This document shows positions 36,624-45,926 of a DNA stretch of 64,000 nt, piece after piece; within the stretch, counting starts at the first letter, position 1; every line of letters begins with the position of its first letter. The position numbers were made by a program, and so were the translations under genes. The DNA comes from Clostridia bacterium (GTDB taxonomy: Bacteria; Bacillota; Peptococcia; DRI-13; PHAD01): the NCBI GenBank assembly GCA_034003745.1, contig JAVEYA010000003.1, positions 40 to 64,039 of the forward strand, read 5' to 3'. A model generated the notes under the pieces. The model saw only the letters and a program-made list of their open reading frames with translations. It had not been told where the DNA came from and made no database searches.

Positions 36624-37691
36624 ATGTCCAAAAAAATCTTGATCCTTTTATTGGGGCTGTGCCTGATTCTGATGGCAACGGCTTGCGGCAATTCCGGTAT
36701 GACCTCTGAACCAGGCGGCGACGGCCAAACCAAACCGGTCACCCTGAAATTAGCGCATTTCTTTCCGGCTACGCATCCGGCGGAAACCGATTTAATCCAG
36801 CCTTGGGCCAAGGCCATCCATGAGGCTACCCAAGGCCGGGTCACCATCGAAAGTTATCCCGGCAATACGCTCACCCAGGCCGACGCTACTTATGATGCGG
36901 TTATTTCCGGTATTACCGATCTGGGCCTGTCTTGTTTCTCCTATACGCGCGGCACTTTCCCCGTCCTGGAAGTCTTTGAGCTGCCGGGCATCACCTATGT
37001 CAATTCCAAGGCGGCCAGTCGGGTGGCCTGGGAAGGCATCAAGGAACTGAATCCCGCGGAGGTCCGGGATACCAAACTGATGATGGTCTTTACCACCGGC
37101 CCCGGCGACCTCTACACCAAAGTACCGGTGCGTGAATTGAAAGACTTGAAAGGCCTGGAAATCAGGGCCACGGGTCTTAGCGCGCAGACATTGGAAGTGC
37201 TCGGCGCCACGCCGGTGGCGATGGCTCAGTCCGAAGCCTATGAATCTTTGTCCAAAGGCGTTGTCCAGGGGAACCTCGGCCCGATCGAGGTGCTGGAAGG
37301 GTGGCGGCAGGCGGAAGTGACCAAGTACATTACGTATACTCCGTTCTTATACAACACCCTCTTCTACATCACCATGAATCAGAATGTCTGGAATTCTTTA
37401 AGCGTGGAAGACCGGCAAGCTATTGAAAAATTGAATGATAAGTTTTTCAATGAAGTGGCCGTCAGCTTATGGGATAAACAAAACGAGTCCGCTCTAAAGT
37501 TTGCCGTAGAGAAGAACGGCCTGGAGACCATTACGCTGCCCGTGGCGGAACAGCAGAAATGGATTGAGCTGATTGAACCGGTTCAGGCCGCTTATGTCGA
37601 GAAAATGAATGCCGCCGGGCAGCCCGGCCAGGAGATTCTGGATAAAGTCAAAGCGCTGTCCGCTAAATACAATGAGGAATCTAAGGAGTGA
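36624..37691 (+). CDS. dctP: TRAP transporter substrate-binding protein (DctP family), lipoprotein
   Basis: The lipobox is LMATAC. LKLAHFFPATHP...WAKAI is DctP-like. I trimmed the start to ATG 36624 behind AAAGGGGAG. Confidence 0.88.
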   Translation: MSKKILILLLGLCLILMATACGNSGMTSEPGGDGQTKPVTLKLAHFFPATHPAETDLIQPWAKAIHEATQGRVTIESYPGNTLTQADATYDAVISGITDLGLSCFSYTRGTFPVLEVFELPGITYVNSKAASRVAWEGIKELNPAEVRDTKLMMVFTTGPGDLYTKVPVRELKDLKGLEIRATGLSAQTLEVLGATPVAMAQSEAYESLSKGVVQGNLGPIEVLEGWRQAEVTKYITYTPFLYNTLFYITMNQNVWNSLSVEDRQAIEKLNDKFFNEVAVSLWDKQNESALKFAVEKNGLETITLPVAEQQKWIELIEPVQAAYVEKMNAAGQPGQEILDKVKALSAKYNEESKE

Positions 37692-37697
37692 TTTACA

Positions 37698-38246
37698 GTG
37701 AAGAAGTTAAGCGGCTTCGTCCAAAGCGCCGGCAATATGCTGGATAAAGCGGCCGGAATTTGCACCGCCGGCGTGATGCTGTTAATCGTCTCCAATATTA
37801 TCTTGCGGACGGTGTTTCACCGTCCTATTCTGGGCACTTATGAAATAGTGGGATTTTTAGCCTCGATGGGCGTGGGCCTGGCCCTGGCGCAGTGCTCCCT
37901 GCAGGATGGTCATATTGCGGTCAGCTTTGTGACGGACCGTCTGCCCAAAAGACTTCGGTCCTGGCTGGACCTTCTCATGAATACAGCCTCCTTTTTCTTT
38001 TGGGGCGCCGCTGCCTGGTATGTCGGACAATATGCATGGAATATGAAAATAAAAGGGCTGGTCTCCGCTTCAGCGGAAATTCCGGTTTATCCCTTCATTC
38101 TGATGGCTGCCTTCAGCCTCTTCACCCTGAGCCTGACACTGCTCTATAAAAGCGTTGCGGCAGGCCGGCAGGCGGTGGGAGAGCTGCCTGAGGCGGCGCT
38201 GTCCTGGAAGCTTGATTTTAACGTGGCCGAGAAGGAGACGACATGA
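37698..38246 (+). CDS. dctQ: TRAP transporter small permease (DctQ)
   Basis: 182 aa with 4 TM segments, positioned between the DctP and DctM genes. Confidence 0.85.
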   Translation: MKKLSGFVQSAGNMLDKAAGICTAGVMLLIVSNIILRTVFHRPILGTYEIVGFLASMGVGLALAQCSLQDGHIAVSFVTDRLPKRLRSWLDLLMNTASFFFWGAAAWYVGQYAWNMKIKGLVSASAEIPVYPFILMAAFSLFTLSLTLLYKSVAAGRQAVGELPEAALSWKLDFNVAEKETT

Positions 38247-39547
38247 GCACATTTATCATGGGGCTGATTGGCATACTGTGCTTTTTTGGTTTGTTAGCCC
38301 TGCGTATGCCCATCGCTTTTGCCATGGCCTTGGTGGGATTTGCCGGCTTTGCAGGACTGAGTTCTGTCCCCGCCTCCTTCGACATGGTGGCTAAAGAAAT
38401 CTACAACACCTTCAATTCCTATTCCTTCAGCGTCATTGCCATGTTTGTATGGATGGGCTTTCTGGCCTACTATTCGGGCATCGGTACCAGTTTATACATC
38501 TTCGCGCATAAACTAATGGGGCATTGGCCCGGCGGCCTGGCGATCGCCACCCAGGCAGCCTGCGCCATCTTCGGAGCTATTTGCGGCTCCAATACCGCAA
38601 CCGCAGCTACCATGGCCGCCATTGCCCTGCCGGAAATGGATAAATATAAATATGACGCCTCTTTATCCACTGCCAGCATTGCGGCCGGCGGTGTTCTGGG
38701 CGTCATGATTCCCCCCAGCGTTATCTTCATCCTCTACGGCACCGCTACCGAGCAGTCCGTGGGAACACTCTTCATGGCCGGAATTCTGCCGGGTATCTTG
38801 CTGATGTTCCTCTATATGGCGACAATCTACCTGGTTGTAAGGCGCAATCCCGCTCTGGGGCCGACCGCCGATAAATCGACCTGGGCGGAACGTCTCCGCG
38901 CCCTGAAGGGGGGCTTGTGGGAAGCCTTGGTTGTCTTCTTGCTTTCGGTGGGGGGGCTTTTTGCCGGCTGGTTTACCCCAACCGAAGCCGGTGCGGTAGG
39001 CGCCGCCGGAGTGCTCCTGGTGGGTCTGGTTGAACGGCGTATCAACTGGGAGAAAATAAAGAAGTCCTTGGTCGATACAACCAGGACTACTGCGATGATT
39101 ATGCTGATGCTGGGCGGCGCCGTTATTTTTGGCCGCTTCATGGCCGTCAGCCGCGTGCCTTTCGAGCTGGCGAACTGGGTTTCCGCCCTTCCCCTGCCGC
39201 CCTTTGCCATTATGGGGATGATTCTGGTGATTTATCTTATTCTCGGTTGCTTTATCGACGCCCTGGCCTTAGTCCTTTTGACCATCCCCATCTTCTACCC
39301 GGTGGTGGTCGGAACGCTGGGCTATGATCCCATCTGGTTCGGCGTCATCGTGGTACTGGTCGTGGCTATGGGGGTCATTACCCCGCCCGTAGGCATGAAC
39401 GTCTATATTATCAAGGGCATCGCGCCGGAGATTCCGCTGGAGACCATCTTCAAAGGCATCTGGCCCTTCCTGGGCGCATTGGCCGTGTGCATTCTTATCT
39501 TGATGCTCTTCCCCGGCATCGCCACATTCCTGCCGAGCCTGATGTAG
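38243..39547 (+). CDS. dctM: TRAP transporter large permease (DctM)
   Basis: 434 aa, polytopic. It overlaps dctQ by 4 nt. GSNTATAATM and the C-terminal pattern are typical of DctM. Confidence 0.9.
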   Translation: MSTFIMGLIGILCFFGLLALRMPIAFAMALVGFAGFAGLSSVPASFDMVAKEIYNTFNSYSFSVIAMFVWMGFLAYYSGIGTSLYIFAHKLMGHWPGGLAIATQAACAIFGAICGSNTATAATMAAIALPEMDKYKYDASLSTASIAAGGVLGVMIPPSVIFILYGTATEQSVGTLFMAGILPGILLMFLYMATIYLVVRRNPALGPTADKSTWAERLRALKGGLWEALVVFLLSVGGLFAGWFTPTEAGAVGAAGVLLVGLVERRINWEKIKKSLVDTTRTTAMIMLMLGGAVIFGRFMAVSRVPFELANWVSALPLPPFAIMGMILVIYLILGCFIDALALVLLTIPIFYPVVVGTLGYDPIWFGVIVVLVVAMGVITPPVGMNVYIIKGIAPEIPLETIFKGIWPFLGALAVCILILMLFPGIATFLPSLM

Positions 39548-39644
39548 TTAAGTATATTCGAATTAGTATTTACATTATAAAAAAACATCTACCACAATCA
39601 GGTTGGATGATGATATTATTTTATATTTCAAGAAAATGTCATCC

Positions 39645-39671
39645 GAAAAAAATTAGGGTATCAAACCCTAT
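39645..39671 (-). terminator. terminator of the DUF5131 gene
   Basis: The minus strand reads TAGGGT-TTGAT-ACCCTA followed by ATTTTTTT. Confidence 0.55.
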
Positions 39672-39723
39672 TAAACTCTGCTCTAAGAGAGTATATTCAT
39701 AAACACACTGTAAAATAAATAAT

Positions 39724-40440
39724 TTAATTAAGATCGATGCCGGCCTTTTCCGCCTGGGATTTCTGTAATAGCCTGGGAATCACATACAGCCGGCCTTCCT
39801 TTTGAAAATACATCCCCGTCTGCCTGAAGCGGAAGGGGACGCTTTTTTTCAGGCATTGTTCGCGGAGGTGCAGCACCCACTCATAGCAGCAGATGCGTGC
39901 ATTGGTGCCCGATTCCCCGCCGACGACGACCTCTTCTATGGAAGGGCTCAAATATTTGTTCATGTCGATAAAGCCCAGAAGAGGTTCACAGAGAATAACC
40001 CTATGCTTAATGGGCAGTTCCAGGAAGAGGGGCAGGCGGGAATCGGCGCGGGCCTGGTTCTCCACGGTGCAATAAATACTCACATTATCATAGCCGGTCC
40101 CCCAATCAGCGGGGAGGCTGACGGGAAAGCGGTGAATACGCTTGGTGATGATCGAAAAATGCAAATCCTGCCGCTCCCGGATAATACGCCAGGCTTCTTT
40201 CCGCCACGCATCGGCTTCCTCCAGAAAGAAATCCGAAGTCAGGCAGGTATAGACCGTTTGGCGGGGAGCTAATTTATATTCTTTCATACGATTACGCTTA
40301 ACGGGCAAATTAAAACTGCTTGTTTTCGCAATGACATTACTGTCTCTGCCGTATTGCTTATCCATCTTGAAAACATAACAATTCCGGCAGCCTTCACTGA
40401 CTTTACGGCAGCCGTGCCAGGGATTCCAAGTCATCGTCAA
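39724..40440 (-). CDS. phage Gp37/Gp68-family protein (DUF5131)
   Basis: The N-terminus TWNPWHGCRKVSEGCRNCY is the hallmark of the family. The flanks are AT-rich. Confidence 0.85.
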   Translation of the reverse strand: MTMTWNPWHGCRKVSEGCRNCYVFKMDKQYGRDSNVIAKTSSFNLPVKRNRMKEYKLAPRQTVYTCLTSDFFLEEADAWRKEAWRIIRERQDLHFSIITKRIHRFPVSLPADWGTGYDNVSIYCTVENQARADSRLPLFLELPIKHRVILCEPLLGFIDMNKYLSPSIEEVVVGGESGTNARICCYEWVLHLREQCLKKSVPFRFRQTGMYFQKEGRLYVIPRLLQKSQAEKAGIDLN

Positions 40441-40716
40441 ATTGATCCGCCCCTTTTAAACATTTAGGTGATAGGAATGTTTAGAACGGTTGGAGGAATT
40501 TGTGCTCTTCGCTTTTCACAGTTAGTATTCGTCCCGGTTCGCCGGATTCCTTTAATTTTTTTATTATTTCAGCTCCCAACAGGTTTTAGTCTTTCAAACC
40601 GACCCTATCTGAAGATAAGTTTTATAATTCCGAAGTAATAAAGGATTTGGACGAGTTTAAACGAATTAGTGATGTAATCTTTATTGCAAAGACTAGTATC
40701 AAAGGGGACTGATATC

Positions 40717-41595
40717 ATGCGCATTCGTAAAGCTGTGATACCGGCTGCCGGCCTGGGGACGCGTTTTCTTCCCGCTACCAAAGCGCAGCCGAAGGAAATG
40801 CTGCCCATCGTGGACAAGCCTGCTATTCAATATATTGTAGAGGAAGCGATTCAGTCCGGCATAGAAGATATCATTATTATTACCGGCCGCGGCAAGACGG
40901 CCATCGAGGACCATTTCGATAAATCCTATGAACTCGAGGCGACATTGGACGCCAAGGGCAAGCGGGAACTCTTAGACCTGGTGGAATATATCTCCAATAT
41001 GGCTTCCATTCACTATGTGCGTCAAAAGGAGCCCAAAGGTCTGGGCCATGCCGTCTGGTGCGCGCGAAAATTCGTAGGAAACGAACCTTTTGCGGTGCTC
41101 TTGGGCGATGACTTGGTGGTGGCGCGGAAACCGGCTTTGCAGCAGATGATCGAGATGTATGAGAGCTACACCTGCTCTGTTCTGGGTGTACAACAGGTAG
41201 AGCATGCAGAGACGAGCAAGTATGGGATTATTGATCCCGGAGTACAGTTGAGCGGCCGGCTGCATGAGATAACGGATATGGTGGAGAAGCCCCGGGTCCA
41301 AGACGCGCCGTCGAATCTGGCCATTATGGGCCGGTACATCCTGACGCCGGAAATTTTCGAGATCATAGAAAAACTTCCGCCCGGTTCCGGGGGAGAGATA
41401 CAGCTGACGGATGCGATTAAGGCGCTGAATACGATGCAGAAAGTGCTGGCCTATGAATATGAGGGCAAGCGTTATGATGTCGGAGATAAATTAGGCTATA
41501 TCAAGGCGACGGTGGAGTTCGCGCTGAGCCGCGAAGATTTGGGCGAAGCGGTAAGTGACTACCTGCGGTCGTTGGTGGCGAAGCTGGATAAGTAA
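40717..41595 (+). CDS. galU: UTP--glucose-1-phosphate uridylyltransferase
   Basis: [33 protein letters not shown] is the GalU signature. I trimmed the start to ATG 40717. Confidence 0.93.
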   Translation: MRIRKAVIPAAGLGTRFLPATKAQPKEMLPIVDKPAIQYIVEEAIQSGIEDIIIITGRGKTAIEDHFDKSYELEATLDAKGKRELLDLVEYISNMASIHYVRQKEPKGLGHAVWCARKFVGNEPFAVLLGDDLVVARKPALQQMIEMYESYTCSVLGVQQVEHAETSKYGIIDPGVQLSGRLHEITDMVEKPRVQDAPSNLAIMGRYILTPEIFEIIEKLPPGSGGEIQLTDAIKALNTMQKVLAYEYEGKRYDVGDKLGYIKATVEFALSREDLGEAVSDYLRSLVAKLDK

Positions 41596-41617
41596 TGAGG
41601 AAGGATGAGCGGGAAGC

Positions 41618-41962
41618 TCACCCTTTTGAAGTTAGGACCTTTTCTTTAATTGCGATTTCAATAAACTGATTTAAAGATACTCCTCTGGTTATTGCTTCTC
41701 GTACAGCTTTACGATGTAAATCCGGGGAAATCCTGATATTAAAGCTTCCCTTATACGCTTTTTGCGGTTCTTTATCATTTAAACTGCATAATTCAAGATA
41801 ATCTTCGACAGCTTCTTGAAAGGCGGTTTTTAATTCCTCAACACTGCTGCCTTCAAAACTAATTAAATCGTCAATTCCTTCGATTCTCCCGAAGAATACT
41901 TCGTCACTGGTGCTGTAATGTATTGAACCTATATAATCTTTATAAAACATAACGTCTTTCAT
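41618..41962 (-). CDS. hicB: HicB-family antitoxin
   Basis: YSTSDEVFFGRIEGIDDLISFEGSSVEELKTAFQEAVEDYLE plus a C-terminal RHH-like region (FNIRISPDLHRKA) fit HicB. It sits 2 nt downstream of hicA. Confidence 0.85.
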   Translation of the reverse strand: MKDVMFYKDYIGSIHYSTSDEVFFGRIEGIDDLISFEGSSVEELKTAFQEAVEDYLELCSLNDKEPQKAYKGSFNIRISPDLHRKAVREAITRGVSLNQFIEIAIKEKVLTSKG

Positions 41963-41964
41963 AA

Positions 41965-42222
41965 CTATATAACCCCCTGATCTTTCAATTTATTAATTAA
42001 TTCATCGATCTGGTATTCTTTTAAGGTATTCCCTGGGTGTGGTTTATGAAGTCTGATTAAATGTTTGGTTTGAGGATGGAAAAATGCAACTCTTGAACCG
42101 GATGTACGCCCACGGGTATCTTCTTTATAACCGAACTGACCTAATAATGATTTTGCCTCATCATAAATGAAATCATTTGGTCTTGCTAATAATCTATTCA
42201 ATAGTTTTTCTTTTTTACTCAT
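41965..42222 (-). CDS. hicA: HicA-family mRNA interferase toxin
   Basis: 85 aa. GSRVAFFHP...HKPHPGNTLKEYQIDELINKL resembles the HicA GSH...P.H core. Confidence 0.75.
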   Translation of the reverse strand: MSKKEKLLNRLLARPNDFIYDEAKSLLGQFGYKEDTRGRTSGSRVAFFHPQTKHLIRLHKPHPGNTLKEYQIDELINKLKDQGVI

Positions 42223-42324
42223 TCTTTACTTCCTTTGAAACAAAATATAATCCAACCCATACGTTAATATAAGTATACTTCATCTAAGCAATAATGTGCA
42301 ACTGAAATATAGTTGCAAGCTGGA

Positions 42325-42795
42325 TCATTTCAAGAAGAAAGGATCCTTTTTCTTGGGCCAAAGCAACATGACCAGTAAGGTAAGGAGCTGGCCTAAGAAG
42401 ACGCCGAAGATATCGACGCAGATATCGAGGATACGGCCGCTTCTGTCTTCCACAAAGAGCTGGTGGTATTCGTCGGAAAGAGCGAAGAAAAAGCAAAAGA
42501 GCAAACTGAAGAAGACCGTTTGGGCGGTCTTCTTTTCGCCTTTTCTGAAGAAGAGCCTGCCGGAGACAACATGGACCAGGATGTAAAGCATAGCGTATTC
42601 GATGATATGGCCGGCTTTTCTGGCTATGGTTTCGAGGTCTTTGTCCAGGTCGCGCAGGTTGATATCCGGCAGAAGTTGCAGTTTCTCCAGCAAAGGCAAC
42701 GCTTCCAGGCCGGGTTGACTGGAGAAATAATACATCATATACATCCAGGAGAGCAACAATATAAATGATAGAATTGTAATTATTATTTTTTTCAT
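42325..42795 (-). CDS. VanZ-family membrane protein
   Basis: KAGHIIEYAML and SDEYHQLFV..R are VanZ-like motifs. It has 4 TM segments. Confidence 0.8.
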   Translation of the reverse strand: MKKIIITILSFILLLSWMYMMYYFSSQPGLEALPLLEKLQLLPDINLRDLDKDLETIARKAGHIIEYAMLYILVHVVSGRLFFRKGEKKTAQTVFFSLLFCFFFALSDEYHQLFVEDRSGRILDICVDIFGVFLGQLLTLLVMLLWPKKKDPFFLK

Positions 42796-42912
42796 TTGTT
42801 ATATTATACCATAGTTGTTTGACAGTTAAAAAAACCTTGTGTTATAATCAAACTTACCAGAAAGAGACAACTTGCTGGTGAATAATAAAATGTAAGTTGT
42901 AAAGGTGGATAT

Positions 42913-44100
42913 ATGGCTAAGATAATCGTAAAAAATTTGATAAAAGTTTTCGGTCCACAGCCGGAGGCGGCGTTGAAGCTTCTGAAAGAGGGCCGGAGCA
43001 AGGATGAAATATTAAAGAAAACGAAACAGGCCGTTGGTATCGGCGGGGTTTCTTTTGAAGTCCAGGAAGGTGAAATCCTGGTGGTGATGGGGCTTTCGGG
43101 CAGCGGGAAATCCACGCTGATTCGCTGCCTGAACAGGTTAATTGAGCCCACCGCCGGGGAAGTCCATATTGACGGCCAGGATGTTACCGCCATGTCCGTC
43201 AAGGAACTGCGCGAGCTGCGGCAGAAGAAGCTGGGCATGGTCTTCCAGCGCTTTGCGCTTTTTCCGCATAAGACAGTGCGTCAAAATGCAGCCTACGGTC
43301 TGGAAATCCAGGGAGTCGATCAGGAGACTTGCCTGAATAAAGCTTTGGCGGCTTTGGAACTGGTAGGCTTAAAAGGCTGGGAGAATTATTATCCTGCGGA
43401 GCTCTCCGGCGGGATGCAGCAGCGGGTCGGACTGGCCCGGGCCCTGGCGATCGATCCGGATATTCTCTTAATGGACGAAGCCTTCAGCGCGCTGGACCCC
43501 TTGATTAAACGGGAGATGCAGGACGAGCTCTTAGCTTTACAGAACCGGGTAAAAAAGACGATCGTCTTTATTACCCATGACTTGGATGAAGCCATTAAGT
43601 TGGGGGATCGTATTGTGCTGATGAAAGACGGACTGGTTGTGCAGGTGGGTACGCCGGAAGAGATTCTGACCCATCCGGCTACGGAATATGTAGAGCGGTT
43701 CGTTGAGAATGTCGACATTGCCAAGGTGCTGACGGCGCAGCGGGTAATGCGGGGCGTGGGTACAGTGGCTTACCTGCGGGACGGTCCGCGGACGGTTTTG
43801 AGAAAAATGCAGGATGCCGGTATTTCCAGTATCTTTGTGGTGGATAATAATTATGTCTTGCAGGGAATTGTCCTGGCTGAAGACGCCGCAGCGGCCATTG
43901 AACGCGGAGAAAAGGAACTGGGTGGGATTATCCGTCGGGATACGCTGACAGTAGCGCCGCAAACACCCATCAGTGAACTCTACGCAATGATTTATGACGT
44001 CGGTTATCCTTTGGCCGTGGTGGATGAGAATGCCAAATTGCTGGGGATTATCATTAAAGGTACGATTATTGCCGCCCTGGCCGGAAGGAGGAGTGCATAA
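42913..44100 (+). CDS. opuAA: glycine betaine/proline ABC transporter ATPase with tandem CBS domains
   Basis: It has the Walker A GLSGSGKST, LSGGMQQR and a C-terminal CBS pair. It is colinear with OpuAA/ProV. Confidence 0.92.
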   Translation: MAKIIVKNLIKVFGPQPEAALKLLKEGRSKDEILKKTKQAVGIGGVSFEVQEGEILVVMGLSGSGKSTLIRCLNRLIEPTAGEVHIDGQDVTAMSVKELRELRQKKLGMVFQRFALFPHKTVRQNAAYGLEIQGVDQETCLNKALAALELVGLKGWENYYPAELSGGMQQRVGLARALAIDPDILLMDEAFSALDPLIKREMQDELLALQNRVKKTIVFITHDLDEAIKLGDRIVLMKDGLVVQVGTPEEILTHPATEYVERFVENVDIAKVLTAQRVMRGVGTVAYLRDGPRTVLRKMQDAGISSIFVVDNNYVLQGIVLAEDAAAAIERGEKELGGIIRRDTLTVAPQTPISELYAMIYDVGYPLAVVDENAKLLGIIIKGTIIAALAGRRSA

Positions 44101-44942
44101 TGCCGTTGCAAATACCTAAACTCCCTCTGGATAAGGCGGTAGAAGCGGCCATTGATTTTCTGACTACCCATATCTCCTTTATCACTAAAGCGGTATCCAA
44201 AGGCGCAGAAAGCGGTATCGAGGCGATCATTGCCTTTTTGCTGTTCTTCCCGCCGTGGCTCCTAATCCTGATTATTGCCGCCCTGGCCTTCTTCTTGACG
44301 CGTCGCCGGGGTATCGGGCTTTTTTCGCTGGCGGGCCTATTATTGATCTGGAATTTGGGTCTGTGGACAGCCACCATCACCACGATCGCCCTGGTGCTGC
44401 TTTCGACGCTGCTGACGATTATGCTGGGAATCCCTTTGGGCATTTTGGCTGCTCTGAATGAGCGTTTTCATAAGGTAATTATGCCGGTACTGGATTTCAT
44501 GCAAACGATGCCGGCTTTCGTTTATCTGATACCGGCCATTCCGTTCTTTGGGCTGGGGCCGGTTTCGGCAGCATTTGCCACCGTGATTTTTGCCATGCCT
44601 CCGTCAATCCGCCTGACCGCACTGGGCATCCGGCAGGTCCCGGTGGAATTGATTGAAGCGGCGGATGCCTTTGGCTCGACGAAAATGCAAAAGCTGTTTA
44701 AGATTCAATTGCCCCTGGCGACGCAGACGATGATGGCCGGCGTCAACCAGACCATCATGCTTTCCTTATCGATGGTGGTTATTGCGGCCATGATCGGGGC
44801 GGGCGGACTGGGCGGCGAAGTCTGGAAGGCCATTCAGCGTCTGAAGACGGGCATGGGCTTTGAAGCAGGGCTCGGCGTGGTGATTATCGCGATTATTTTT
44901 GATAGGATTACCCAACAGGCCGCCGGCCGAAAAAAACTTTAA
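44100..44942 (+). CDS. opuAB: glycine betaine/proline ABC transporter permease
   Basis: It is ProW/OpuAB-like, with an EAA-type loop (IEAADAFGSTKMQKLFKIQLP). Confidence 0.9.
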   Translation: MPLQIPKLPLDKAVEAAIDFLTTHISFITKAVSKGAESGIEAIIAFLLFFPPWLLILIIAALAFFLTRRRGIGLFSLAGLLLIWNLGLWTATITTIALVLLSTLLTIMLGIPLGILAALNERFHKVIMPVLDFMQTMPAFVYLIPAIPFFGLGPVSAAFATVIFAMPPSIRLTALGIRQVPVELIEAADAFGSTKMQKLFKIQLPLATQTMMAGVNQTIMLSLSMVVIAAMIGAGGLGGEVWKAIQRLKTGMGFEAGLGVVIIAIIFDRITQQAAGRKKL

Positions 44943-44955
44943 AGGAGGAAATAAC

Positions 44956-45852
44956 ATGAAGAAAGGAACATGGCGGAAAGTATTTGTCCTGGCCATTCTG
45001 GCAATTGCCATGGTGGCGTCAGGGTGTTCTTCGAATCAGGGAGGGACCGATCCGGCAGGCAATGCGCCGGAGAAGAAAGGAAAAGTGGAGATCGCTTATG
45101 TGGAGTGGTCTTCGGAGGTAGCCAGCACCAATGTGGTGAAAGCCGCGCTGCAGGAAAAATTAGGTTATGAGGTGGAGATCGTACCCGTGTCCGCTGCGGC
45201 GATGTGGCAGGCTGTGGCCAGCGGGGATACAGATGGGATCGTGGCGGCCTGGCTGCCCTCGACCCACCAGGCCTATCTGGATGAAGTAAAAGATAAAGTG
45301 GTCGATCTGGGGCCCAACCTGGATGGGACGAAAGTTGGCCTGGTCGTGCCTTCCTATGTAACCATCGATTCCATCGAGGAACTAAATGACAACGCGAATA
45401 AGTTCGACGGGAAAATCATCGGCATTGACCCGGGGGCCGGGTTGATGGCGGCCACGGAGAAAGTCATAGCCGACTATGGCCTGAACAAGATGAAACTGGT
45501 GGAAGGCAGCGACGCGACGATGGCCGCGGTGCTGGCCGATAGTATTAAAAACAATCAATGGGTGGTGGTGACCGGCTGGACGCCGCATTGGAAGTTTGCC
45601 TCCTATGACTTGAAATATCTGGAGGATCCCAAGGGGATCTATGGCGGAGATGAGCAGATCCATACCATCGTCCGTAAAGGACTCAAGGAGGATCTGCCGG
45701 AAGTCTACAACGTACTGGATAAGTTCTCCTGGAGCCCGGATGATATGGCGGAAGTAATGGTCTGGAATGAGGAACCCGGCGCCGATCCCTATGAGAATGC
45801 CAAACGCTGGATCGCCGAAAATGAAGATAAGGTCAATGCCTGGTTGAAATAG
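44956..45852 (+). CDS. opuAC: glycine betaine ABC transporter substrate-binding lipoprotein
   Basis: The lipobox is VASGC, followed by an OpuAC-like body (YVEWSSEVAST...). I trimmed the start to ATG 44956 behind AAAGGAGG. Confidence 0.9.
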   Translation: MKKGTWRKVFVLAILAIAMVASGCSSNQGGTDPAGNAPEKKGKVEIAYVEWSSEVASTNVVKAALQEKLGYEVEIVPVSAAAMWQAVASGDTDGIVAAWLPSTHQAYLDEVKDKVVDLGPNLDGTKVGLVVPSYVTIDSIEELNDNANKFDGKIIGIDPGAGLMAATEKVIADYGLNKMKLVEGSDATMAAVLADSIKNNQWVVVTGWTPHWKFASYDLKYLEDPKGIYGGDEQIHTIVRKGLKEDLPEVYNVLDKFSWSPDDMAEVMVWNEEPGADPYENAKRWIAENEDKVNAWLK

Positions 45853-45868
45853 ACGTTTTAGGGTATAA

Positions 45869-45910
45869 TACTAGATGCAAATGCAAAACATTTGCATCTA
45901 GTATTTTTTT
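45869..45910 (+). terminator. 15-bp perfect palindrome plus T-run (opuA terminator, possibly also an operator)
   Basis: TACTAGATGCAAATG-CAAAA-CATTTGCATCTAGTA followed by TTTTTTT. Confidence 0.7.
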
Positions 45911-45926
45911 AGGAGGGAAGCATTGG

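Noticed and set aside
40500-40560. tRNA-like T-arm sequence (CCGGTTCGCCGGATTCC)
   Set aside because: No acceptor stem, D-arm or anticodon arm can be built around it, and the GGTTCGAATCC consensus is not met.
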